A stretch of DNA of 63,654 nt, the filler included, from Collodictyon triciliatum (Eukaryota), in assembly GCA_043381765.1 (NCBI GenBank). It is 6 parts of 6 records of this genome, joined end to end, with 100 filler letters (N's around TTAATTAATTAA, not from the genome) between each part and the next. Parts side by side here need not be neighbours in the genome. Positions count along the whole stretch, not along the records: positions 17,299 to 27,914 come from JBHJMP010000146.1; positions 28,015 to 53,231 come from JBHJMP010000148.1; 4 more parts are not named here. One strand, 5' to 3'. The stretch's first letter is position 1. Each line of letters opens with the position of its first letter. Of this stretch, positions 19,272 through 33,300 are shown in pieces. The notes under the pieces are model-generated. The model did not search any database, had not been told where the DNA came from, and worked only from the letters and a program-made list of their open reading frames with translations. The translations under genes were made by a program, and so were the position numbers.

Positions 19272-20085
19272 TCTGGAGGTTTTGCTTGTAGGGTGGAGTG
19301 AGACTCGGGCTTCTGCTCTGAGTCAGTTTTGAGAGAGAGAAAGAGAGAATGGAAAAGAGTGAGAAAGTTGATTTGCTTTATGTCTCTGGAATCATGAGGA
19401 AGCTTGTGTGGGAAGACTGGTGCTTTATCATTATGGCCAGCCTGAAGCGCTTCGTTGGATCAGTTCAATGGTGGTTTCTGATTGTGGAGGCAGGAAGGCG
19501 ATTGTTGGTTTTGTTTGTGTGCGTGGGTGTGATCGGTTGGGTTGGCGAGTTTTTCTGGCTGCAGAATTAGATCGGCAGGTTTTCGCGTTGCGGTTGGCAT
19601 TGATAGCTGAGGCCTGTGCGTTGGGACTTGTGAAGGTCTTTGTGGGAGGGGTTGGGGAGTTTTCCAGCATGGGAAAAGTCGCCGTGGTTTGTGGGCGGTC
19701 GATTTTGCTTCGTGGTGGGGTGTGATTCATTTGCCGCTGGGTGAGATCTGTATGATTCTCAACTATAGTCTATCGCAAGAGAAGTGGTCTAGTCAAGTGG
19801 GCTATCTTTATAGCGCCGGTGTGTGGTCTAACGAAGCAGACCATTCAGTGAAGCCACCTATATTCAAAAATGATGACGATTGATGATGTCATTGTTTTAT
19901 TTTCTGGAATTTTCTATTTGTGGATGAGGCTCCAAGGGTGGAGACCTTTTTCAGATGTGTTTTGATCCGTTCACACGCACAACAGTTTTCGCCAACACGC
20001 CTTCGGACTGCTTTTTTTTGGGGGTTCATACGACCTTCAATCAATTGAAACGATGAGCGCATCTTTCAGAGTGGGCGATTTCTAA

Positions 20086-22114
20086 TTAAGCTTTATGGGG
20101 AGATACAAGAAGCAAAGGAGACAATGAGCCTCTGAAAACTGTTTCTCCGAGACGGGCCGAACCGAACGGGCCTGGCAGATGGGTGGACATGTTTGAGCCC
20201 AACACTACAACATCGAACTGGTAGATAAACTCTCCGTTGGGCCCTTGACATTTTTCATAAATATATTAGCCAAAGGAAGATTTAATTGGATCACGAATAC
20301 CATTCGGAATTAAAGAATAAAAGGAAACGTACTAATTCCGAGCCTGTATGGGTCTAACAGAATATTGATAATGCATTGCGGGATGCTGTCGTTGGTTTTC
20401 AAAAGTTTGTTGTGAATGAAAGAGGAATCAACCCCAATCATCGATAGGGCCTTTTTGACACTGGAGAGTAATCGGGCACCCTCAGATATTTCGGCTTCAT
20501 ACCTGTACGTTTTAGTGGCTTGATGAGATTATGTACTCAGTTTATCTACCAAGCGTCTTATGATGAGGAAATCACGCCATAGTTTTTCCCATAAAACTGG
20601 TTTGATATTATGAAATAAACGGACTTGATGTATTGATTCAAACTGAATATTTTGATGCTATTTTTATTATATTCAGACTATCTCTCTCTTTCTTTTTTGT
20701 GGAATGAAAAATGAAAAGAAAAGTAAGGCAAAAATAGCCTGACTTCAAGTCGGGGTCCATGACAGTGGGTTTTATATGCACCACGTGCAGCACGATTACT
20801 CGAGCGTGAAAAATCCGAGCCAAAAATGCAATTTGCGACAACGTTATATCTGTTATTGTATATTTGCTCACGGCAAAGAGTATATATTTTGGCGTCTGCA
20901 ATTTTGTTGGTATGCTCTGATTAAGGTCCTAAAAGAGAAATGTAGTATTTGAAAGAAAGGTAAATGACTGAGGAGCATTCAGATTCGATTGGTATGGATA
21001 ATCTTCAATATTTGGCTCTGTATTGGCAGTATCGATGCTCATGCACGAGCATGGGTAATTTACATTAGTCCCAGAGAGAAAAGCAAGCAGTATGGGATGC
21101 ATCGGAAAAGACCGCATAGAATTAGGGTTATGGAATACCAACTTGGCAGATGAATGAGTTGGTGGTTGTTGTTTTTTTTTTTTTACCTTGGTGGGGATAA
21201 CGAAGACCGAAGAGCGGACTTTATGAAGAATTTCATATGCGTGCCTGATTCCCTTGGAACTTGCATGGGCCTGCGGCTCTGCTGCCATGAATACGATCTC
21301 GTAATTATCTGATATTGAGCGTATCTATAAACAGTAATCAAAAATGTCTTTCAGATAATATTTGTTTGCAGGTTGTTTTCTTGACAACATTATATTAGGG
21401 GAAAGAGTCGCTACGTGTCTGCTTATATTTTTTCCAGGAGGAACAAGTCGATTTATTCTGCTATTTGAAAATATTTCATCCAATTTCAGATTGTACTCGT
21501 AACTGGGGAAGAAGTCCAGGCCCTAAAATAAATCGAGTAGGTGTGGCTTTAATATAGACCTCAAGTAATGCTCGCAAACACGCCCCAAGGTAAGATAGAG
21601 AAAACTCGAATAAGGGTCTAAATTACCTTCCCTTTGGATGAAATGGCTTACCTGTATACTCTTCAAGCGAAGGTCATCCTGACTTTGTTCTCCTGAACCA
21701 TTATGCGGTGTTTGGTCGAGATTGCAGTCCATGACATCTATTTGGCACATATCTTGCAGGGCGGCTATCCATATGGTAATCAATTCTGTTGAAAACTAAA
21801 TGTAATTCAAGTTATTCGCCCATCTTATTATCGGCGAATATTTCTTCTCCAGTCATGGCAAAATATCTTTCATCCTGTATCTCATGCATGTTCAGATAGA
21901 TGTGCACTTATGTCGATAAGTCAACGATGTGATTATTAGTTTTTTTTTGTTGTTGTTATTTTCTTGTAAGGTGACGAATGAAAAATATTTATTTCAGCTG
22001 CAGAGATTAAGTTTTGAAATAAATAATAATATAAAAAATCGAATTGCCTACGTCGTTTAGTATCCCCCGTTCCAAAACGAATAGTAATCGGCGGATCGCT
22101 TGCTGAGACTCCAT
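20086..22114 (-). CDS. Tandem universal stress protein (USP) domain protein
   Basis: Two USP-like units: IRRLLFVLE...YEIVFMAAE...AYEILHKVRSSVFVIP, then KYILFAVS...LARIFHARVIVLHVVH...FDVVVLGSN...FGSARLGETVFRGSLSPLLLVSP*. These match the USP DxxVxGS...GS..E.V.....P.L.V motifs. Confidence 0.65.
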
Positions 22115-23032
22115 CTTATTTATTTTATTTCTGTGCTTGTTTGTTTTTTTCTTTTATGATTGTTGCACCAGATCAGCCCTAATGATAATAAAGATTGTGA
22201 AAATAAAAATAATATCACATTAAAGATCCGCTCATCATACAAAGAAAGGGAAAGGGCATGATTCTACGATTTACATGCCTTCACATGACCTACTCCATCC
22301 CAACACGCGACAGTTATTATGGGATTACAGCAACAAGCGGTACGGATTGCCTTCATCAGGATACAAACGAATGCACTCCAACTCCCCTCGCGCTACTGCC
22401 TTGACAGCGTAATGGCTTGTGGATAATTGATGTGTTTGCTCGCCTTGATGGCATTATGTACCGTTCCGTGCGTTCCCAACCAACGCATAGGCATCTGTCT
22501 TTGGCGCTTACCTGGCGATGGACACAATTCGCCACGTCAGGGAGCCACTTGCATTGGGAACGCCGATATTATCAACCTGCGCTCTAGCAACGCCCTTGCA
22601 TCACGCTATACATCGCGAGAAATTATCACTGGGGTAATCAAGTGCGGTCAATTAGGACGTAGGGTGGGTATTGTCTTGCTTTTTAAAATAAATGGCTGAT
22701 GTTAAAACAAAGTCTATCTTCATGTTGACCGCCTACAAAGTTGCTTAATCAAATCTCTTGAGTGAATTAAAACACAAAATATGAAATCCATCCAATTGGC
22801 TCATTCTTTTTGAGTAACACGCAGGATACATCCACGAAGCGACTTCACACAGCGGTACAATCGGCCGCTTTCTCTGCACAAGGAAGGTCCATGCGTGGTT
22901 CAGGAGACATGCATCATTCCATTACATGGTGTCTGGACGAGATGCATTCCTCGCCCACATAAATTCAGCTGGCGGGTGTATTTGGCAGGCGAGGCATATA
23001 GGCAGGAAATAATCCCGCACAGAAGAAAACTT

Positions 23033-23151
23033 GTCTCTGTCTCTGTCTCTGTCTCTGTCTCTGTCTCTGTCTCTGTCTCTGTCTCTGTCTCTGTCTCTGT
23101 CTCTGTCTCTGTCTCTGTCTCTGTCTCTGTCTCTGTCTCTGTCTCTGTCTC
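23033..23151. repeat. (GTCTCT)n microsatellite
   Basis: Tandem hexamer array. Confidence 0.95.
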
Positions 23152-23245
23152 TATCTTTTATGAACTGTTTATTGATTTATATTCGGGGTTCAACATATGG
23201 CCAAAGAAAAAAAGTGAGACTGGGTACATCTGGCACCAAAGCGTA

Positions 23246-26200
23246 CTAGTCCAGCTCCTCCCAGTCGAAACTGGATTCTTGTGGGCCAGATTTTCCACGC
23301 GCCTGTTGCTGTTCCTTACCAGACTCTACCTCCACATCGTCTTCGTCGATCTCCTGAATCAGCATTGTGGTCCTCTTGGGCCCGGGTGCCGAGACAGCAG
23401 ATCTGCGAGTCGAAACAAACAGCTTTTCCTCTGATTCTTCACAGGGATTCTCGCCCTTTTCACGATTTCCTTTGTCTTCATCACCCGTTGTGTTCAGACT
23501 GGATTCATCATCACCATCAAGCATTGTAATCAATGGGCGGTGCTGGTTACGAGCAGAGGAGCGAAGTCGAAGTGCCTCAAAGACGTCCTCGTCATTGGCG
23601 TCTGCTGCTTCAGAATCTTCATATTCATTCTCTACTTCCCGACTTTGTTGACAGGGTTCTCTGCCATCGTATGTCACATTGTGAAGGCTATGTGGTGACG
23701 GGGCTGCCTGTGGCCGCGAAATATTGGACGAAGAAGACGATTCGGTAATGATGTTTTTTTCATCAAATCTACTTTCTGACCATGCGGTGCGCGCTTGTGT
23801 CGCATTCTTGCGTAGTGTGGCAGTGTGGCCTCCAGTTTCTTCAACCTCTTTTGCCTCAGTGTTCTTTGGCTTCAGACTCTGAGCCTCCACATTCTTCTTG
23901 CCTCCACCAAGCCCACCCAACTCTTCCAAACTGGCATTTGCCTGCGACGAAAAGCAAAAAGTGCAAGTTGATGAGACAGCAGTTAAAAAAAAAAAGTGAC
24001 TTATCGCGTCTGCTAATCAAAAATGTATATGTGATTGAGGAAAGGTACTTTCCAGAAGACAAAAATTGAAAACCAAAACTTTGTGGCCTTTTTAAATAAC
24101 AATACCAAGATATCGCCTAGAGACAGAAGAGAGGAATCTAAAGTCAAGATTTACCTTCATCAAGTCCTCCAAGAAACGGTCGGTGGAAGGTGGCTGTGAA
24201 AGATACGGCTGCACCTGCTCTTGAACTTCTTCTTCGTCATTAACCTCAGTCCATGGGTTGTCTGTCGATGCAGTGGTGTCTTCCCTCGCTCTTGTCTCAG
24301 AGCTACTGTCCTTTCGAGTAGTTTGGCTGAACGAAACTTCAAGGCGGTTTGACCGTATAGGGATATTTGTAATCGGCACTCCGTCTTCAGATATTTCCTG
24401 AATGAGCGGCCGCGTATTGGGCAGGGGTCTTGACCCAATAACTAATGGTCCAGTTTCTAGCTCGGGCACATCCTCTAAATACCTGGATGAGGTTTGCTCT
24501 AACGGAGGTTGCTTGATGGATTCATCTTTGGTCCGATATCCGGGTGATAAGGGAACCGCTGATTGGTTGATGCTCGGTGGGTTAGAATCAATTTCGCTCG
24601 TGGACTCTTCGTTTTCGTCTGTCTCTCCACTGCCAAGGTCATCCTCTTCAGATCCGTTCCCCTCTCCTTCACAGACAAAGAATCCAAAGCGGTCTAGTTT
24701 AACTCCTCTCTCGCGAGCAGCTTCTTCCTGAAGTTGTCGGAGTGCTATCCAGGAATTACATACATTAGTGCCAACACAAGATAGTATTCAAGTCTCGGAT
24801 TTATGGCATCGTATATTCTATAAAACTAAACTGTATTAGAATACACTTTAATCATCAATCATGGCCAGTAAGAGAATGAAGTGACCATCTTAGGCTTACC
24901 CTCCAAGTTTCTTAAGTCGCGCTCCCTTTCGCGTCGTCTATATTCATCTCGGACTTCGTTTTCTGCCTCAGTCCCGCCAACAGCCCTAATATTGGAAAGT
25001 AGCTTTAGGTTACATCCTCTGTGGCAAGCTATATTAGTAGATGAAACTACTGAAATGTGTATTTGAATAAATGTACACCATGCTTCGGCTGTCAGTCTAT
25101 CGAGTTCAAAGACTGGACGATCGTCCAAGTAGGTCAGCGACTTGATTCTTGAAATCATCACCTAGTGTTCGGTTTAATTACACAAGGACTGTCTGTATGA
25201 AATTTCTAAAATGGCTAAAATAAAAAATTGGGCATTACCTTTCGGTAAAATCGGATTTTTGATACCACAGGGTTGTTCATTAAATTAAGGACAGCGAGGT
25301 TGGGCATCCTTTCAAATATCTCGACAATAGAAGGGTCATCAAGCCGGTTGTTGGACAAGTCCAGAACACTGTATCAAATGAGGGATCAGCACCTTATCAG
25401 AAAAGGAAAGAGAAACGAGAAAAGGGAAAAGGGAAAAGGAAAAGGAAAAGGAAAAGGAAAAGGAAAAGGAAAAGGAAAAGGAAAAGGAAAAGGAAAAGGA
25501 AAAGGAAAAGGAAAAGGAAAAGGAAANNNNNNNNNNNNNNNNNNNNNNNNNNNNNNNNNNNNNNNNNNNNNNNNNNNNNNNNNNNNNNNNNNNNNNNNNN
25601 NNNNNNNNNNNNNNNNNNNNNNNNNNAAAAGGAAAAGGAAAAGGAAAAGGAAAAGGAAAAGGAAAAGGAAAAGGAAAAGGAAAAGGAAAAGGAAAAGGAA
25701 AAGGAAAAGGAAAAGGAAAAGGAAATTATATGAATGAAATGTTCGTAAATGTGACTTTTTTTTATTTTTTCCACTCAGTTTTTTTCTTAAGGGGCATGAG
25801 GGGAAAACCTTATGCTGGGACATTCAGCTAAATGCTCAATGTCTTCTCTCTCGAAAAGCTGATTTGCGCTTATCTGCAATGTCCTCAAGACTGGAAGGCA
25901 GGAGAGATTTTGGATCTTTCGCACGATGTTGTTGCTGATGTTAATGGTATCCAATTCTTTCAGCTCATCAAGGTTTTCGATAACATCGATAGCATTTTGC
26001 TGAAGATACCTTACCAGACATAATCGAAGAGTAAATCTGAAATATCCTTCTCAAACTTGGTGGAAATAATGCAATACCTTATCACAAAGGTAATGTAATT
26101 ATGTAAGATGGGTGGCATTGGTAAGATGTTTTGTTTGTTTTGGTACTCACAGGCATTTCAACAAAATACACTTCTCCAGCCCTTCCAGCTTGGAGATGCA

Positions 26201-26835
26201 ATTCCCTTCCAGCCAGAGAGCCTTTACTCCTGTATATTCCTCAAGACCTTCAATCTTTTCAAATCCCTGTGCATAATTAAGGAATTTAAACTAAGAAATT
26301 GAAAAAACTCACCGTCGCTACGTTATGTAAAGTCATTTGATATGGCTCAAGTTTTTTGGATCATATATTTATATTAGAGTATGGTCTTTCGATATCTCCA
26401 GGGAATATGAGAGAGAGGGAGAGAGGGAGAGGGAGAGAGGGAGAGATACTGAACCTTGTGGTGGAGATAGAGCTTGTCGTTCAAGTACGGAGTGGAATAC
26501 AGTTTCTGCTCGCGGCACAAGTATTTTATGTATTCTGGGGTCATTCGGATCTTGCCATTTTCCTCGGCAAAACGTCGGCGTCGGTACATCCTGCTGTAAT
26601 TATACTTATCTTACTACTGGTTCCCTCCTTGTTCTCGTGCTTCTTCCTTTCCCGCTGCTTTGATTGCGTTGGTCGGTTAGGCTGGCTTTCTGGGGCTGGT
26701 GACTGCTAGCTTAAGAGCACAAAAGAAGGTGCGAGGTTAAGAAAGTGACGCCCGCACGATATGAAAGACAGACAAGAATGACAAAACAACGTCACGGCAT
26801 GACAATTCTGCTCCAAGAAAGTCATCCAAATCCAT
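23246..26835 (-). CDS. DNAAF1: Dynein axonemal assembly factor 1 (LRRC50/ODA7 homolog)
   Basis: Exons encode [53 protein letters not shown]..., an LRRcap region ([31 protein letters not shown]) and an acidic disordered tail ending SSFDWEELD*. The start at 26835 is tentative. Confidence 0.88.
25432..25725. repeat. (GGAAAA)n intronic microsatellite spanning a gap
   Basis: Tandem hexamer on both sides of a 100-N gap. Confidence 0.9.
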
Positions 26836-27829
26836 GAAATAATGAGCAGCAGTTTGTTCAGTGAAGAAAGTATCAGCAAGAGCGACAAGCCTTTTGATTT
26901 CCAAGCCTTTTCCGTGGGTGGCAGTAAGAATGAGAAGGCGAGGTGAGGAAAACTTTGATCATCATAGATTATTCTTTGTTTTCGGGGTGGCGAGGATTGC
27001 CCTGAAGCCTCTCGCAACATGACGAGGCCTTCACAAACTTGTAGATCGGTGATTACAAGTCTCGCGCTTTTTGCACACACACACACAACACTCATGGGGA
27101 GAATCGTGATGATTGTGGGATCACGCGAATGCTTGTGTGACTTGGCTGATTTCGGATCTTCGAACAAAGATCTCTTCAAAAATAGGGTGTAACGGTTGAT
27201 AACTGAAATATAATGTGGAATTTATATAATATTAAGCACAATTATCAATTATTTGTCCCTTGATAAGCACTATCTATCTAAATATCTTAAATATAATCAT
27301 TTATTATGCATTTTAGTGTCGATTATGGGTTACCGGAAATTGTCCAAGAAAGCAAGTCACACACAATCGTTTCCTAGAAAACTCAGGTTTGGCCGCGGCC
27401 AAAAGGCAATTATTTTCTGGCCCAACTCTTCAATTCGAATTTTGTTTGTGGAGCAAACCAGCGGCGTAGCCCCCGGCATTACGACATCGCTAGATTGGAG
27501 CTAGAATTCGATGCGTGATAGCGGAGTGGCGCTACAAAGACTATCGAAGGTTCTATTCAAAATTCGATCGAATATACCGAACGCCACCCGAAAGATTTTG
27601 TCCATGTCCCACTCTTGAATCTATTTATGAAGTTGTGATCTGGGGCGATTATGGTCGCAACTAAGTAAGCCCAACCTATGTGTCGTGTGAGGAGCACAAA
27701 GGGCGTCAACGAGACTATGCCCCGAACAAACCAAACCAAACCACAAAACAGCGAGAAGGTCGGAGTCGGAGATCCTCTGGCAGAGGATTGTTGCTCGCCA
27801 CTCGGCCGTTCTCTCTAAACTTGGTGGAA

Positions 27830-27914
27830 AACCAAACCAAACCAAACCAAACCAAACCAAACCAAACCAAACCAAACCAAACCAAACCAAACCAAACCAA
27901 ACCAAACCAAACCA
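27830..27914. repeat. (AAACC)n microsatellite at scaffold end
   Basis: Tandem pentamer array. Confidence 0.9.
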
Positions 27915-28014
27915 NNNNNNNNNNNNNNNNNNNNNNNNNNNNNNNNNNNNNNNNNNNNTTAATTAATTAANNNNNNNNNNNNNNNNNNNNNNNNNNNNNN
28001 NNNNNNNNNNNNNN
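27915..28014. other. Artificial scaffold linker
   Basis: N44-TTAATTAATTAA-N44. Confidence 0.95.
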
Positions 28015-28228
28015 CAAAAAAAAAAACCAAAAAAACCAAAAAAACCAAAAAAACCAAAAAAACCAAAAAAACCAAAAAAACCAAAAAAACCAAAAAAACA
28101 AAAAAACAAAAAAAACCAAAAAAACCAAAAAAAAAACAAAAACAAAACAAAAGAACAAGCCGGAGAAGTGTTAAAAGAAACCTCTGAAAATCAACAAAGA
28201 CTCGGTTCAGCAAGAAGCAGCTGGCAAC

Positions 28229-29285
28229 ATGCCACCCAAAAGCGTCGGGGCGACGTCAAGCAGACAGACCAAGCTGACGGAATTCTGCATCCAAAGCCGG
28301 CCTTCTGCTCTGAAGCGATCAAACACCACAGACTTTAGCGGCACAGCCGCACTTCCTAAACGCCCCCTCGTTGCAAGAACCGCGACGCGAGACGATGTGC
28401 TGCAGGAGACATCAGAGACCGACCCGCAAGGCAGCAACGAGGCAGCGACCCCGCCTCAGACCCCGCCATTATCAGAAACCCCGGCCGAAGAAAGCCACGA
28501 GTTTGCTGCTGCCCAAAACAAAGGCGAGCCCCTGACTCCGCCCCCAGATGAAAAAGAACCCACCCCTGAAAAAACACCCGAGGGCACTGATGATTCAGGT
28601 GAGGAAGGCTCTTGCAATGCAGGTTTTATCCTATACGGCGCTAAATTGGTTCAACTACATCGCGTCTCCTTGCTTTACAATAGACAAGGAGCAGCCGGCC
28701 CCAGAGCACAGGGCCCAGGAAAAGCCAAGACGCCTTGAAGAAGTCGACTCTGCCGCGGTGGTAAGTGAAAGTATCGACTCGAGGATTCGAGCCACGATTG
28801 CAAATGGAATCAAAGTGATTCGAGAAATTGAGTTTGTGGAGCAAGAGTTTTCTGCAAAGCGAGTCATCCGTATCTGCCAAGGAGACTTGACGCGCGAAAT
28901 AACCGACTGCATCGTTAATCCAGCCAACGGACACCTTTCGCATGGAGGCGGATTGGCTTATGCAATAAGTTCAAAGGCAGGCAGCGCACTTGATAGGGAA
29001 AGTCGGGACTATGTGAGAGCCAACGGCACGCTACCTACAGGCCAAGGTTCCTTCTTGTTCAACAATCTGATTCCTTGCCTCTACCATCTCCTTTTTTTTT
29101 TTAAAAAAAAATTAAATATAGTAATAGTAATCATTATATGTATTCTGTTTCTCTACGCATTTGTTACATCATTCCTCACACATACAAAATATACCATACC
29201 CTATCTGGTTTGTAAAAAATTAGAAATAATGTGTAAAATGTTAGAATCCAACTTAAGGCACAACGTGATTTCCTCATCCTGATTA

Positions 29286-29340
<55 letters not shown>

Positions 29341-30169
29341 AGCTATGTTTACAACTTCGGGTAGACTACCTTGCAAATTTGTTGTACATGCAGTCGGCCC
29401 GATATACCGAAACGGAAAACAGAAAGAATCACAGCTTCTGAGGGATTCCTGTCAGAATAGCTTGAAAGTAGCAGATTCTCAAAATGTAAAAACCTTCACT
29501 TCCTTTTGTATCAACCATATCTTTATTTCAAAATTTTTGCACCCTAACTGATTAGAGAACGGTCTTTAAAATAATACCACAAATAACCAATACACTCACA
29601 ATTCGATTGAATATTGCATATAGAGTAATATTTGTACCTTGCACCAATTTTTTTTTCATCTTCGCTTCACACGCTTCACACATACTCTCTGTCTCTCTTT
29701 TTCTTCTTTCATTTTTGGTGTGTATGAATGCTTCACTAAACAATTGTACACTTCCAAATAAAAGGCATTCTCCATCGCCATACCTGCTATTAGTAGTGGA
29801 ATATTCGGGTTTCCTAAAGATTTATGTGCACAAATCCTCGTAGACACGGTTTTGAGATGGTTCCAAGAAAACCACACCACCTCGATAAGTGTTGTTCATT
29901 TGACAAAGTAAGTGAGTGATATCATAGGGAAACATAATCGTGCTGATATTGATCGCTTTTAAACTCGACTTACCATACCAAAAGGTTATTTTTTCCTTTA
30001 TCAGACCTTTTTTTTTTTTTTTTGAAAATGTGTTTTTATTGTTTTTCTAAGTTTTTTTAAAAGAATCTCAAAATAAATTGGGTACCCCCCAACTTAAAAC
30101 AGTATTGACGAGGTCACGGTGTCACATTTGCGTGATGCTTTTGACAGCGCCTTCCCAAATGCTTCATAA
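28229..30169 (+). CDS. Macrodomain protein (MacroD-type ADP-ribose/O-acetyl-ADP-ribose hydrolase-like) with disordered N-terminus
   Basis: Spliced motifs: ICQGDLT, IVNPANGHLSHGGGLA, TTSGRLPCKFVVHAVGP, SIAIPAISSGIFGFP, VVHLTNID...FPNAS*. Five exons with GT-AG introns. Confidence 0.9.
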
Positions 30170-30378
30170 ATACAAGGCAATCAACAGGGTGTACTTCATG
30201 CAACGACCATAAGCAACCCATGCCACATGAAAGGAATAAAAGGATAAATGAATTCATATGAAGGTCGACATTTGTATAGCAATTTTTTTCGACTAGCGCG
30301 TCTCATGAATATGGAAGAGCTACCCGTGAAAGGAATAAAAGGCGTAGCCAAAGTCAGGTACAACATAAATCCATGTAA

Positions 30379-33300
30379 CTAATCTTGTTTATTTAGATTG
30401 AATATATGCTTGAGTTGCTCTTACTAATATCAGTGTTAATATCAACATCACCGATCTCCGTCATCTCATAATCTTTTAGAATGACACTGAAAAAGCGAAT
30501 TTCTCTCCTTATCCTCTTCATTAACACTAACCCAGCGCATAGAGCCTAATGAAGTTTATAGCGAATTGATGTTGGCCAAATATATCCATGATGCAAAATT
30601 GAACGAAAGATCATAACAAACAAACAAACAAAATGAGTTGGCGACATCACTTTACACAATATTTTCTGTTTCTGTCCCTTACCGCTGTCGCAAGTGTAAT
30701 CATCGTCACGAGGTAGCCATGACTTTCCTTGGTGTCAATCAGCGATAAGAGCACCATTGCCTATTCAAAGTTCTCAGCACCGCAACGATACAGAAATCAA
30801 ATCCAGAATAAATATAAAGCACCCATGAAACTTCCATATATAAAACGGAAGAGTTGTACCTGAATGCATTTTGCAAACGACACGAACATCGTGAAAAGAT
30901 TTCCAGGCAAAGTGGCCATCGGCCTATTATCAAGCAACAATGTGAGACAAAGGCAATTCATATGATAGTCTTAAAACGGTCTTTTTTTTTTTAGCACAGG
31001 AAGGGCTCATATACGACCAAGAAATGCGATGTCAACGAGTCGGGCGTGTACTATAACATAACATAACATAACATAACATAACATAACATAACATAACATA
31101 ACATAACATAACATAACATAACATAACATAACATAACATAACATAACATANNNNNNNNNNNNNNNNNNNNNNNNNNNNNNNNNNNNNNNNNNNNNNNNNN
31201 NNNNNNNNNNNNNNNNNNNNNNNNNNNNNNNNNNNNNNNNNNNNNNNNNNACATAACATAACATAACATAACATAACATAACATAACATAACATAACATA
31301 ACATAACATAACATAACATAACATAACATAACATAACATAACATAGCATAACATAACATAGCAAAACGAAACAAATCAGCATGACAATTGTCCAATTAAA
31401 GGTAATACCAAAGTAACATCACGAAGGTGAATTTCATGAGAACAAGGATGCCATTGGTAAAGACACGAACAGCAACATCATGCACAAGCACAGATACCAT
31501 GCAGATGGTGCACGACAAGCTCATATCCAGAGATGAAAACCAAGAAAACTGGGGTTTGGATTGAGCAGAAAAAAACTCTGCCGATCTTTTGGTTATGCTG
31601 CCACTTAGGCGCGACTCATGTTGAAATCTAAACGAAACCGTATTTGATTTTATCCATGGGGTTTCTCTTAATTGCATGAATAAAGAAATTGCAAGCATTT
31701 CTGCAAATAGATAGAAACGATGGTTCATGCAAGCAAAATTCGGACAAAGTCTAAACTCACTTCCGGTTCCTTGTCATATAGAGGGAGTATAAAATGAATC
31801 CAATCACATAAACTAAAAAGACAATCCAACCCAAAACAGATGCTGGCAAATGCGAACCTTTGTTCAAAAAAAAAAAAAGAGAGTGGAATCATTAGTGGAT
31901 TTCCGGCCATAATGAAGCTCAGACTCTAAATCAGGAAAATATGGCCTATCACATTATGCCATACCATTCATAACCGATATCTACAAACCTGTGTAGCATT
32001 CCTCGGACATTTCGATTCGCATAACACTATTATTATATACTTGTTTGCAATCAATTAATTGGATGGTTCGGAATGTGACGAGGATGTAGACAAGGTACCC
32101 CAGCATGAGTAACGACTACGGTCGATTTATATTATATCAATATATATAACTTGATTAGAAAAACAAATAAAAATAAAAATAAAAATAAAAATAAAAATAA
32201 AAATAAAAATAAAAATAAAAATAAAAATAAAAATAAAAATAAAAATAAAAACAAAAACAATAAAACAATAAAACGAATAACAAAAAACAAAAAACAAAAA
32301 ACAACAATAAAAACAATAAAAACAATAAAAACAATAAAAACAATAAAAACAATAAAAACAATAAAAACAATAAAAACAATAAAAACAATAAAAACAATAA
32401 ANNNNNNNNNNNNNNNNNNNNNNNNNNNNNNNNNNNNNNNNNNNNNNNNNNNNNNNNNNNNNNNNNNNNNNNNNNNNNNNNNNNNNNNNNNNNNNNNNNN
32501 NAATAAAAACAAAAATAAAAACAAAAATAAAAACAAAAATAAAAACAAAAATAAAAACAAAAATAAAAACAAAAATAAAAACAAAAATAAAAACAATATA
32601 AAAAAAACCAAAAGCATACCTCCATTGCTCTTAGTTTAAACTTACGAAAATAAAATAAAAGTGGCTTGGGTTCACATCGAAATCTTATTCTTAAGAAAAT
32701 CATCCTCATAAAAACGCATAGGAGCATGAATGCACCACACACAAACACACTTATTATTGTCATGTAATAATACGTTGGATATTTGATGAATGAGGTGTTG
32801 CATCCTGTTAAGCATTTGTTCGTACATTAATCTCTCTAAATATCATGATATAAATGTAATGGATGTTTTCTTTTCTTTTCTTTCCTCTTTTTTTTCCTCA
32901 AAAAACAACCTGGGCGAACAAAATTGAAATCAAGCAGGATCCATGATAAAGATGAAAAAAATTTCCTTCCGTGTGGTATCATTTCACTTCCAGAAAGCCC
33001 GATTTGCACAATTTGTTGGACAGACAGCATAAATGTTGTAAACATAAAAATCCTTTTCGATGTAGAAACTAAAAATCGAGATATTAATGACGCAGCAATG
33101 TATACTCCCTAGCTCAAATACAAGAAATAATTGTGGAGGAAGTAAAATTTACAGAAACATACATATTATAATGTATGATATACTGGCTGCAAAAAGCGAC
33201 GAAGCGATGAGAACGGGCTTCAAATTCAGGTCATCATCCGAACACGATTGACATGTGGGACCTTGTCTATAATAACCGTCCAAACATACAGAACAAAATT

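Noticed and set aside
22258-23030. Possible small gene between the USP and DNAAF1 genes
   Set aside because: There are GC-richer exon-like patches, but I could not establish a consistent frame, strand or motif.
27830-27914. (AAACC)n as a telomeric repeat
   Set aside because: The C-rich strand points toward the scaffold end (wrong polarity), and it is one of many microsatellites that break contigs here.
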